From positions 672,001 through 736,000 of the forward strand of contig CAVUSO010000001.1 in assembly GCA_963744145.1 (NCBI GenBank): DNA of 64,000 bases, given 5' to 3'. Origin of the DNA: an uncultured cyanobacterium (GTDB taxonomy: Bacteria; Cyanobacteriota; Cyanobacteriia; Cyanobacteriales; CAWUOF01). Below are positions 54,350-64,000 of the stretch, piece by piece; position 1 is the stretch's first letter, and every line of letters starts with the position of its first letter. The position numbers and the translations under genes are program-made. The notes under the pieces were generated by a model that worked only from the letters and a program-made list of their open reading frames with translations, did not search any database and had not been told where the DNA came from.

Positions 54350-54454
54350 TAAAATTCTCAGATTTTATTGCTCCTGCGGTTTGCCCATACGTTAAACCAA
54401 CAATAATAGTTGGAAAATATCCATTCAATTAATCAAACAATCGGAAAACCAGAA

Positions 54455-55135
54455 ATGATCCTGCCCGAATTCAAAAATGAGAAATTATTACGTCAAGCAC
54501 TTACCCATCGCTCCTATATCAACGAAAACCCTGGTGAATGTGAAAATAATGAACGGTTAGAATTTTTAGGTGATGCTTTACTAAATTTTATTAGTGGGGA
54601 GTATCTCTATAAACTGCATAAAGATTTAGGAGAAGATGAATTAACCAGGAGGAGATCAGCGTTAGTAGATGAAAAACAGTTAGCCAAGTTTGCGATCGAA
54701 ATTGGGTTAGATTTCAAAATGCGTCTTGGTAAAGGTGCGATTCGAGACGGTGGTTTTACTAATCCTAATTTACTCAGTAGTACCCTGGAAGCTTTTGTTG
54801 GTGCTTATTATCTGGATCATAATTCAGATATTGAACCTGTACGTAACTTTGTGGAAAAATTATTTGCTTCAGTTCCTGATATTGTAGTTGAACTTCGTTC
54901 TAGTATTGATTCTAAAAATAAGTTTCAGGAATGGGTCCAGGCAAATATTGGTCCGACTCCACCTAAATATGTTACAGACCAAATCGGTGGTTTAGATCAT
55001 GCTCCTGAATTTCAGGCTAAGGTGTTGGTTAATGAAAAAAAATACGGTGAAGGAAAAGGTCGCAGTAAAAAAGATGCGGAAAAACGTGCTGCTGAAGATG
55101 CGATCGCGAAGTTAAAAAGAAAAGGATTACTATGA
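54455..55135 (+). CDS. rnc: Ribonuclease III
   Basis: ALTHRS, NERLEFLGDA, EAFVGA, dsRBD SKKDAEKRAA; start set at ATG 54455. Confidence 0.95.
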   Translation: MILPEFKNEKLLRQALTHRSYINENPGECENNERLEFLGDALLNFISGEYLYKLHKDLGEDELTRRRSALVDEKQLAKFAIEIGLDFKMRLGKGAIRDGGFTNPNLLSSTLEAFVGAYYLDHNSDIEPVRNFVEKLFASVPDIVVELRSSIDSKNKFQEWVQANIGPTPPKYVTDQIGGLDHAPEFQAKVLVNEKKYGEGKGRSKKDAEKRAAEDAIAKLKRKGLL

Positions 55136-55191
55136 TTTTGGAGATGCTCCGACGGGCGATTTTCCTGATCCAGTTGCGACAGTAAGTTGGT

Positions 55192-56871
55192 TCAATGCTG
55201 GATTCTTAATATGTCGAATTTTAACAAATATACCAGAGTGCGCTGAAGACGAGCGATCGCGATGGGGTTTTTGTCGGTTAACAGATTCAGGATCGCACCG
55301 ACTGTCAGAGAACCATTTTTCGCGATCGCCACAATTATCTCATCGATTATTACCTCTGATGTTCTGCGATCGTCTCCCCAATTAGAAATCCAAATTTTCC
55401 GGATTTTCTCTACATTTGCAGGTTTTGCCATTGTCCCTAATCCTAACACCATTTCTGTCCTTAAGGTTTGAGTTGAATAATTAGCAAAAGTTCGATAAGG
55501 TGTATCACAAAAAGGATAAGCAGGTTTTTCCCCAGTTAAAGGTACAGATAGATCAGCTCTAGCTCGTAATTCGGCTAATTCTTCCCATAAAGCTTCATAA
55601 CTGGCAATAATAACTTGCCAATCATAAATTTCTCTAGCTCGTTTCCGTCCGTTTTCTCCTAAACGCTGTCTTAATTCTTGATTACTAATTAAAGTTGCTA
55701 ATGCTTGGGCACAAGCATCAACATCAACTGCGGTTGACATTGATGTATAACCAACATAATTTCCATACTGCCAGGTGTCATTAAAATAACTGAAAGCGAA
55801 ATCAAATCCTGCTTCTGGTGGAGGAATTATAGTGGGAATTCTAAATCCATCAATCCCATCGCGGACAGAATCCTGATATCCATCCCAATCAGAAACAATT
55901 ACAGGTAATCCTGCTGACATTGCTTCAATTGGTGTGATCCCGAATGTTTCTTGGATGTTGTCTGATAAAGAAATAAAAATATCAACTCCACTCCAGATTG
56001 AAGTCCGGATTTCTGGTTTACGTCCATCAATAAAAATATGATTAGCTGAAGGACAAAAAACTTTTGCTGCTGCTTTAAATACCATTTCATCGGTTTGATT
56101 TTTAAACCAACCAGCTTGAATTAGGTGAACTTTAGCTCCTGTTGCTTGTACTGCTTGTTCTAGTGCTAAATACATCGGTACTGGATGAGCTTTTGCATAA
56201 AAATTCAGTCTTCCCACATACAAAATAACTACATCTTCTGGTGATATTCCTAGTTCTTTTTGGATTTGACTACGGATATTGTTAGACTTTATTCCTTGAT
56301 CAAAAATATCACAATCTATCCCCAAAGGAATAACTGGAAGTTGAAAATTGATCTGAGGTTTTCCCCCCATCCTTTCTGCTAAATATTCAGCCCAATTATC
56401 TAAAACATTTTTCATCACATTTTTAGCAGCAACTGAGGTACAAATTAGTGCATCCCAAGCTTGAGATGGAGCAATAATCAGGTCTCCAATATCTTTGAGT
56501 AAGGTATGGGGTGATATGGTATGATTTATCCCACAGATACTATAATATCTTTGATTAGTAAATCGACGTTGCCAAAGTAAAGATGCGAAAACTGGATCTC
56601 CTTTATAAATAGTACCAGCTTGAGCTAAACCATTGATATTTTCTGGTGTTAACCATCGCACTTTCTGGGGATATTTTACCCAAGGTTGAATCCGATCGCA
56701 AAATTCTGAAAAAGTTTGCTGTTCTCCTGTATAACAATATAAATGTTCCGCTGTTCCATACTCGACTAAACCTTTGAGAAATCCCGCACTAGCAATATGT
56801 CTTCCATACAGGTTGTTAATGCTAGTATCATAATCTTCGCGTCGATAGAAAATTGCAGCAGTTTTATTCAT
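55192..56871 (-). CDS. GT4 glycosyltransferase, paralogue 3
   Basis: DNIQETFGITPIEAM, SDWDGY motifs. Confidence 0.9.
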   Translation of the reverse strand: MNKTAAIFYRREDYDTSINNLYGRHIASAGFLKGLVEYGTAEHLYCYTGEQQTFSEFCDRIQPWVKYPQKVRWLTPENINGLAQAGTIYKGDPVFASLLWQRRFTNQRYYSICGINHTISPHTLLKDIGDLIIAPSQAWDALICTSVAAKNVMKNVLDNWAEYLAERMGGKPQINFQLPVIPLGIDCDIFDQGIKSNNIRSQIQKELGISPEDVVILYVGRLNFYAKAHPVPMYLALEQAVQATGAKVHLIQAGWFKNQTDEMVFKAAAKVFCPSANHIFIDGRKPEIRTSIWSGVDIFISLSDNIQETFGITPIEAMSAGLPVIVSDWDGYQDSVRDGIDGFRIPTIIPPPEAGFDFAFSYFNDTWQYGNYVGYTSMSTAVDVDACAQALATLISNQELRQRLGENGRKRAREIYDWQVIIASYEALWEELAELRARADLSVPLTGEKPAYPFCDTPYRTFANYSTQTLRTEMVLGLGTMAKPANVEKIRKIWISNWGDDRRTSEVIIDEIIVAIAKNGSLTVGAILNLLTDKNPIAIARLQRTLVYLLKFDILRIQH

Positions 56872-56878
56872 AATTGCT

Positions 56879-58557
56879 CTAATTAGATTTAATCCGGAGG
56901 ATATTAAATTTTAATAAATATACTAAACTCCGTTGGAGACATTTAATTTCCCCAGGATTATGTCCATAGGATTGCAGAATTTCTCCCACAGATAGCGAAC
57001 CTGATAAAGCGATCGCTTGGATAATTTCCTGTAACCGATATACAGGTATTCTGTGATCACTACCAAATTCGGTGATCCAGATTTGTTGTAATTCATTTAA
57101 TTTTACCGATGCTAATGTTGTGACCAATTCTAAAATTACATTGTCTGTTAAAGTTTGAGTCGCATAATGGGAAAAAATCCGAAAAGGATCATCTCCTAAA
57201 GGATAAGGTGCTTTACCAGAAGACACAGGTGCAAATATTTCCTGAGTAGCTCTAATTTCTGCCAAATCTTGCCATAATTGCTCATATATCGGAATAACTA
57301 CTTGCCAATCATATACTTGTTGAACGCGTTTTCGTCCAGATTCTCCCATCTTTTGTCTTAACTCTCGATCGCTAATTAATGTAATTAATGCTCTAGCACA
57401 TTGCTCAATATCAACAGCACATCCCATCGCACTCAAAGCACTATAATTAGCAAAACTTGCTCGTTCTGGTACATATTTTAAAGCTAATTCTAATCCAGCT
57501 TCAACTGGAGGTATAGTCGTGGGAATTCTAAATCCATCAATTCCATCACGAATCGATTCTTTATACCCATTCCAATCCGAGACAATTACAGGTAAACCAG
57601 CAGCCATTGCTTCTATAGGTGTTAACCCAAAACTTTCTTGAATATTATCAGATAAAGATATAAAAATGTCACCAATTGACCAGATTTCTAATAATTTTTC
57701 CCTGGGAGGAGTAGGTATGGTAATCGTATTAATTGATGGTGCAAATATTTTAGCAATCTCCACGAAAGAAATTTCTTCTCGATGATTTTGGATACCTCCT
57801 GCTTGGACTAAATGAATTTTTATCTTACTTAATTGTGCAGCTTTTTCTAAAGCTATATACATTGGTACTGGATGAGCTTTATCTATAAAAGTCAACCGAC
57901 CAATATATAAAACTACAATATCATTAGGAGCAATTTCCCATTCTTGACGGAGCAGAAAGCGGGTTTTTGCTCGAGCATCTCCTTGCGGAAAATCATGATA
58001 ATCTACACCCAAAGGAATGATTGGTAAATTAATTTTTGTGGCCGTTTCCTCCCCATAATTTCTTCTAAATAATCTGCCCAATTTTCTAGTAACGTTTCGG
58101 TAGCTTTTTTGACCGCAACGCTAGTACAAATTAGCGCATCCCAAGGTTGAATCGGTGCAAGTAATAAATTCCCAATTGTGGTCATTGCTTGTTGGGTGGA
58201 AATTGTATGAGTAATACCACAAATACTAAAAGCTCTTTGATCAATAAATCGTCTGGGCCATGCAAAATAATTTAATCCTGGATCACCAATGTATATGGTT
58301 CCAGCTTGAGCAATAAAGCGCAGATCATTAGCAGGTAACCAACGAACTTTACGGGGACGTTTTACCCAAGGTTGAATCAATTCACAAAAATCAGAAAAGT
58401 CTTGTTGTGTTCCTGCATAACAATATAAACGTTCTCCCCTTCCATACTTAACCAAACTCTTGAGAAAACCTCCCCCCGCTGCTTTCCGACCAGCAGGTTG
58501 TTCAGAATTATTATTATAAGACTCACGCACATATCGGATCGCCGCAGTATTATTCAT
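56879..58557 (-). pseudogene. GT4 glycosyltransferase, paralogue 2, frameshifted
   Basis: MGRKRPQ and INLPIIPLG join by adding one A in the A5 run near 58035, restoring the spacing seen in both paralogues. Confidence 0.85.
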
Positions 58558-58558
58558 A

Positions 58559-60265
58559 TTAATTATTGGCTATTTCCAGGATATTAAATTTTAAAAGATA
58601 AACCAGCGATCGGATTAAATTATCTCTCTCTTGGGGATGATTTGCATAGTGGTTGCAAATAGTTTCTACTGATAATCCCCCTGCTTGATTAATAGCAACT
58701 AAAATCTCATTCAGGGTCGCGATCGGTGTTCTGCTAATACCACCAAATCTAACTAACCAAACTTGTCCAAGAGTATCTAAAGCTTGTGCTGTTGACATCT
58801 GACCAGTTTTCAGCATGATCTGCTGGTGTAAAACTTGATGAGAATAATGGGTGAACATCCGGAAAGGATCATCACAAAAAGGGATAGGTGGTCTACCCGC
58901 ATCAAGGGGTACAGACAGAGGAGCAGTAGCACGAATTTCGGCTAATTCTTGCCATAATTGTTCATAAGTAGTAATCACAACTTGCCAATCATAAACTGCT
59001 CTAGCACGTTGACGTCCATTTTCTCCCATTTTTTGTCTCAGCTCAGGATTAGTAAGTAAAATCGCCAAAGCTCTTGTACAAGCAGGAATATCAACAGATG
59101 TCACCATAGCAGTAAAAGCACTGTAAGTAATATAATTAATTCTGTCAGCCCAATAACTTTCAGCTAAATCGACACAAGCACCGGGATCAGGAATAATTGT
59201 GGGAATTTTAAACCCATCCACTCCATCACGAACAGATTCTTGATACCCATTCCAATCAGAAACAATTACAGGTAATCCTGATGACATTGCTTCAATCGGT
59301 GTTAATCCAAAAGTTTCTTGAGTATTGTCTGCTAAAGAGATAAAAATATCACCTACCGACCAAATATCAGAACGAATTTCGGGTTTGCGTCCATCTAAAA
59401 AAATCAGATTGACTGATGGACATAAAAGGTTAGCTGCTGTTTGAAAACGCTCTTCATCTTCTTGACTTTCAAACCAACCAGCTAGAATAAAATGTAAAGG
59501 CGATCGCCCGTCTTGCTTCACTAATCCAGTTGCTTGAGCTGCTGCTTCGATCGCCATATACATCGGTACTGGATGAGCTTTAGCATAAAAATTCAATCGT
59601 CCGACATATAAAATAACTAGATCATCCGCAGCAATTCCTAGTTCCTGACGTAAGCGATCGCGAGTTTCCATCTTCTGATCAGCATGATCAAAAGCATCAC
59701 AATCTACTCCCAAGGGAATAATTGGTAAATTGATGGGAATTTTCGTTCTCGACCCAAACCGTTGCGCCAAATATTCTGCCCAATTACCTAAAACATTTTC
59801 CAGCCCAGTTTTCACAGCTTTAGAAGTACAAATTAACGCATCCCAAGGTTGAACAGGTGCAATTAACATCTCACACATTACTTCCATTGGCCCTTTAGTT
59901 GAGATTGTATGAGTCACTCCACACACACTATAAGCTCGCTGATCACCAAATCGACGTTGCCAAACCAAAGGAGTAATCACCGGATCAGCTCGATAAAGAG
60001 TACCAGCAATGGCAATTTTTTCTGGTGTAGAGGTAGAGATCCATTCTACAGCTCGTGGGTGGTCTTGATTGACCCAAGGTTGAATCAGTTGACAAAATTC
60101 ATCAAACTCTTCAGTAGTGGAAGCATAACAATAAAGAAATTCCGATGTTCCATGCTGGACTAAACCTTTAAGAAAACCTTCTCCTGCGGCTTGACGACCC
60201 ACAAGTCTTTGTCCACTTGTGTCATAAGCATCCCGTTTGTATAAAATTGCTGCTGTTTTACCCAT
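58559..60265 (-). CDS. GT4 glycosyltransferase, paralogue 1
   Basis: GRQAAGEGFL, KAHPVPMY, ETFGLTPIEAM motifs. Confidence 0.9.
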   Translation of the reverse strand: MGKTAAILYKRDAYDTSGQRLVGRQAAGEGFLKGLVQHGTSEFLYCYASTTEEFDEFCQLIQPWVNQDHPRAVEWISTSTPEKIAIAGTLYRADPVITPLVWQRRFGDQRAYSVCGVTHTISTKGPMEVMCEMLIAPVQPWDALICTSKAVKTGLENVLGNWAEYLAQRFGSRTKIPINLPIIPLGVDCDAFDHADQKMETRDRLRQELGIAADDLVILYVGRLNFYAKAHPVPMYMAIEAAAQATGLVKQDGRSPLHFILAGWFESQEDEERFQTAANLLCPSVNLIFLDGRKPEIRSDIWSVGDIFISLADNTQETFGLTPIEAMSSGLPVIVSDWNGYQESVRDGVDGFKIPTIIPDPGACVDLAESYWADRINYITYSAFTAMVTSVDIPACTRALAILLTNPELRQKMGENGRQRARAVYDWQVVITTYEQLWQELAEIRATAPLSVPLDAGRPPIPFCDDPFRMFTHYSHQVLHQQIMLKTGQMSTAQALDTLGQVWLVRFGGISRTPIATLNEILVAINQAGGLSVETICNHYANHPQERDNLIRSLVYLLKFNILEIANN

Positions 60266-60392
60266 TGCCAAAGGAGATTAGTGCGGAAACACGCTTTATA
60301 AATCTGAATAACTTTCGTAGCATAGCTCAATCTGCTCGTATAATATCAATACTGAAAAACTAAACAAACCTATCCACTATTGACCAGGAGCC

Positions 60393-60641
60393 ATGAGTAT
60401 ATATAACCCTTCTTTACGTGAAGAACCTCGCTCACAGAGAGCAGGGGTAATCCCCTTAAAACAAGAAGACTCTATTTTAGATTGGTTAGAAGCAACCGGA
60501 CGTTTGCTATCACGAGATGATCCCGAACATAATTACCAAGAAGACGAAGAAGAGATTTCCGAACTAATCGTCGATGATGGTCCCTACGATGATGATGATG
60601 ACGATTTAGTTGAAGAAGATGTAGACCTCATTCCAGACTAG
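60393..60641 (+). CDS. DUF3134-like small acidic protein
   Basis: NPSLREEPR, SILDWLEATGRL; RBS AGGAG. Confidence 0.8.
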   Translation: MSIYNPSLREEPRSQRAGVIPLKQEDSILDWLEATGRLLSRDDPEHNYQEDEEEISELIVDDGPYDDDDDDLVEEDVDLIPD

Positions 60642-60726
60642 CCCCCACTATTGGCCACCATTTGAGCGCAAATTTATTCCCATCTGAACATCTGGTCAAA
60701 AATATTTTCATCAGAGAAAAAAATCC

Positions 60727-61821
60727 GTGGATAGTAAACTAACAACTAGCAAAACAACATACCTATCAGGAACCAATATCTTAGTGGTTCTAGGAACTTT
60801 ACTAATTGTAGCAGCGATCGGTTTGGATCTAAATGCTGGTCGATTGACTAACTTCAACCCTTCTTTAACTATACCATTAGTAATTAGCGCTGTAGCTACT
60901 GCGGTCATTGGTTATGTTGCTGTACCCATACTCCAAAAACTAAAAACGGGACAAATTATTCGGGAAGACGGACCGCAGAGTCACTTAAAAAAAGCTGGGA
61001 CTCCCACCATGGGAGGAATATTTGTTGTACCAGTCGGAATCGCGATCGCCCTATTAGGGTCGGGATTTTCTCCCCAAGTAATCGCTATTTCTACCTTAAC
61101 GTTAGCATACGGAATCATCGGTTGGATTGATGACTGGCAAATTCTGGTGCGTAAATCCAATAAAGGCATTTCACCACGATTAAAATTAGGCTTACAAATT
61201 GGATTTGCTGGATTATTTTGTCTGTGGTTATCATGGAGTCAACCAGAGAGTATTACTAACATCGATTTACCAATGGGTTTATCCTTACCATTAGGATGGT
61301 TTTTTTGGATTTTTGCGGGATTTTTATTAGTAGCAGAAAGCAATGCTACCAATTTGACCGATGGTTTAGATGGTTTAGCAGGAGGATTAGGAGCGATCGC
61401 TCTGTTTGGATTAGGAGCTTTAATTGCGCCAAGTTCCCCAGAATTAATGATTTTCTGTGCGAGTTTAAGTGGTAGTTATTTAGGGTTTTTGACTCATAAC
61501 CGTAATCCTGCGCTGGTGTTTATGGGAGATACGGGTTCCCTAGCACTAGGAGGAGCTTTAGCTGGGGTAGCTTTACTGAGTAATAGTATTTGGAGTTTAT
61601 TTCTAGTGAGTGGGATTTTCTTTGTGGAAACTATCTCAGTCATTGCTCAAGTCAGTTATTACAAAGCTACAAAAGGACCGGATGGAGTTGGTAAACGGTT
61701 GTTGAGGATGGCACCTTTACACCATCATTTAGAACTATCGGGATGGACTGAAATCAAAATTGTCGCCGTATTTTATCTGATCAATGGAGTGTTAGATTTA
61801 GTGAGTTTCAGCATTCATTAA
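60727..61821 (+). CDS. mraY: Phospho-N-acetylmuramoyl-pentapeptide transferase
   Basis: KAGTPTMGG, NLTDGLDGL, FMGDTGS, MAPLHHHLE motifs. Confidence 0.96.
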   Translation: MDSKLTTSKTTYLSGTNILVVLGTLLIVAAIGLDLNAGRLTNFNPSLTIPLVISAVATAVIGYVAVPILQKLKTGQIIREDGPQSHLKKAGTPTMGGIFVVPVGIAIALLGSGFSPQVIAISTLTLAYGIIGWIDDWQILVRKSNKGISPRLKLGLQIGFAGLFCLWLSWSQPESITNIDLPMGLSLPLGWFFWIFAGFLLVAESNATNLTDGLDGLAGGLGAIALFGLGALIAPSSPELMIFCASLSGSYLGFLTHNRNPALVFMGDTGSLALGGALAGVALLSNSIWSLFLVSGIFFVETISVIAQVSYYKATKGPDGVGKRLLRMAPLHHHLELSGWTEIKIVAVFYLINGVLDLVSFSIH

Positions 61822-61933
61822 ATCCAACCATCTCAGCCAGTCTGATGAATAGTTTGCAAAATCTGGAAAACTGTCGATACTAAGAATGAACTGTTAGGTT
61901 TATTTTGCTCAGATAAGTGGCAACTTTTAGACA

Positions 61934-63265
61934 ATGTCTCCAACTAGCGAACTTCTAATTCTGCTCCTGCTCATTTTCGGCAACGCTCTTTTTGTGATGT
62001 CGGAAATGGCGATCATTTCCTCCCGCAAAGTCCGATTACAACAATTAGCCAATCATGGTAGTATCAAAGCGCGTGCTGCTTTAGAATTGGCCAATGCCCC
62101 GAATCAATTTTTGCCGACGGTGCAAATCGGAATTACGTTGATGGCGATTATATCTGGTGCTTTTGGTGAAAATGTATTAGCTCGACAAATCGAACCAATT
62201 GTCAGCCTGATTCCGGGATTGGAAAAGTACATAAGTATGAGTACAGTTTCATCAGGAATTGCCATTGTAATTATTACATATTTAACTCTAATTATTGGCG
62301 AATTGGTGCCGAAAAGATTAGCATTAAATAATCCAGAACCAATTGCTATGAATGTGGCAATTCCCTTGGGAATGTTAGCGAAAATCACCGCACCGATTGT
62401 GAAATTATTGAGTACCTCAACCGAAATCAGCCTCAGAATTTTAGGGATCAGACCTTCTAATGAACCACAAGTCACTGAAGAAGAAATTAAGGTTTTAATT
62501 GAGCAAGGTACGGAGGAGGGAACTTTTGAAGAAGCAGAACAGGATATGGTAGAACGGGTGTTTCGGTTGGGCGATCGCCGGGTGGGCGCATTGATGACAC
62601 CTCGTCCTGATATTGTCTGGCTCGATTTAGAAGATCCATGGGAAACTAATAAACAAAAAATGATCGATAGTGGTTATTCCCGATTTCCTGTATGTCAGGG
62701 GGGGTTAGATACAGTTTTAGGAGTTATAACTGTCACTGATTTATTAAGTAGCTGTTTGAATAATCAACCGATCGATATGACAGTTTCTTTACGTCGTCCT
62801 TTGTTTGTACCAGAAAGTACGCGCGGTTTTAAAGTATTGGAATCATTTAAACAATCTAGTACCCATCTTTCTTTAGTGGTAGATGAATACGGAATTATTC
62901 AAGGGTTAGTGACTCTGAACGATATTTTCGTGGAAATTGTGGGTGATTTGCCTATGATTGATGAGGATGATGAACCTCAAGCTGTGCAACGAGAAGATGG
63001 CTCTTGGCTATTAGATGGAATGTTACCAGTTGAAGAGTTTTTTGAATTATTTAACCTCGAAGAATTGCCAAAAGAACAACGAGGTAACTATCATACAATG
63101 GGTGGTTTTATCATTACTCATTTGGGTCGTATTCCCGCACCTACTGATCATTTTGATTGGGAGAGTTGGCGCTTTGAGGTAATTAGTATGGATGGTAATC
63201 GAGTTGATCAGGTATTGGTCATATCTATACCTTTAGATTCTTCAGATTCTACCAGTGCTGATTAA
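61934..63265 (+). CDS. Hemolysin/CNNM-family protein (TM, CBS pair, CorC_HlyC)
   Basis: VQIGIT, GELVPK, MTPR, SRFPV, VDEYG motifs. Confidence 0.93.
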   Translation: MSPTSELLILLLLIFGNALFVMSEMAIISSRKVRLQQLANHGSIKARAALELANAPNQFLPTVQIGITLMAIISGAFGENVLARQIEPIVSLIPGLEKYISMSTVSSGIAIVIITYLTLIIGELVPKRLALNNPEPIAMNVAIPLGMLAKITAPIVKLLSTSTEISLRILGIRPSNEPQVTEEEIKVLIEQGTEEGTFEEAEQDMVERVFRLGDRRVGALMTPRPDIVWLDLEDPWETNKQKMIDSGYSRFPVCQGGLDTVLGVITVTDLLSSCLNNQPIDMTVSLRRPLFVPESTRGFKVLESFKQSSTHLSLVVDEYGIIQGLVTLNDIFVEIVGDLPMIDEDDEPQAVQREDGSWLLDGMLPVEEFFELFNLEELPKEQRGNYHTMGGFIITHLGRIPAPTDHFDWESWRFEVISMDGNRVDQVLVISIPLDSSDSTSAD

Positions 63266-63299
63266 GGTTTTGATCAGTTTTTACAATCTTTGTTCAAAA

Positions 63300-64000
63300 A
63301 TGATAAAAAAGCTACTCGAGTTTTATCAGACAATTAGGTTGCTTCGCAAGTATATATTGAGCGCAGTAAGCATAGCTTTGTTAATCATCTTAATTCCTGA
63401 TCAGCTCAATAGTACCCCAGTGAATCATATCTCGGGGGATCATTTGGTCGCGATCGGTAAAAATGATCACATCCAATTGCAAAAATATGCTCAAAGTTTG
63501 GTTGATCAAGGAAATGAATTATTAGAACAAGGAAAAGCAGCGGAAGCATTAGACATTTGGAAACAAGCTCAATCAGTCTACCAAAAGTTAGCTGATTCCG
63601 AAGGTATTATTAAAAGTCAAATCAATCAGAGTATGGCTTTACAAAGTCTAGGTCAATACCGACATGCTTGTGTGGAATTACTCACCCCATTACATCTGAA
63701 TTATCAAGATCATTTACTATGTAAACAACCATCAGAAACAGACCTATTGAGTCAAGAAAAAATTGAGGTATTAAAAAAATCTCTCTGGTCTGAAAAACCT
63801 TCATTAATGCAACTAACTGGATTGCAAATATTAGGTGATCTTTTGAGATTGATTGGCAATTTAGAAGAATCACAAGAAATATTAAACCAAAGTTTAATGA
63901 TGGCTATTCAATTACAATCTCCCTCAAAAATAAGTGCTAACTTTCTCAGTTTAGGTAATGATGAACGAGATTTGTATACAATTCAAAAAGATTTATATTA
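63300..64000 (+). CDS. TPR-like protein, probably CHAT-domain family; 5' part only
   Basis: Open frame from ATG 63300 with a hydrophobic leader, QGKAAEALDIWKQA and INQSMALQSLGQYRHAC; runs off the window and is not in the ORF track. Confidence 0.7.
   Translation, partial: MIKKLLEFYQTIRLLRKYILSAVSIALLIILIPDQLNSTPVNHISGDHLVAIGKNDHIQLQKYAQSLVDQGNELLEQGKAAEALDIWKQAQSVYQKLADSEGIIKSQINQSMALQSLGQYRHACVELLTPLHLNYQDHLLCKQPSETDLLSQEKIEVLKKSLWSEKPSLMQLTGLQILGDLLRLIGNLEESQEILNQSLMMAIQLQSPSKISANFLSLGNDERDLYTIQKDLY

Overview
Chromosomal DNA from a cyanobacterium (HIP1 octamer GCGATCGC throughout; ndhF1, rbcR/ycf30, psb28, Mg-chelatase H, cbiG-cobJ, recJ, rnc, mraY). Most of the window is housekeeping, signalling and metabolic genes, with intergenic REP/MITE-like repeats and a Yfr2-family sRNA. 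The most notable part is a ~10.5 kb accessory island (26.4-37.0 kb) between two divergent catabolic gene blocks. It is organised by two pairs of HIP1-containing direct repeats: A-[ParA ATPase + HEPN]-A-[CARF-like/HEPN/mCpol fusion]-B-[Xre antitoxin, toxin remnant, giant kinase]-B. The CARF-HEPN-mCpol gene looks like a one-protein cyclic-nucleotide defence module, broken by a single in-frame TGA just before its HEPN RxxxxH motif. Five other genes carry single-base frameshifts, so assembly error must be considered for any broken gene here. All protein family calls are by motif recognition; no searches were run.
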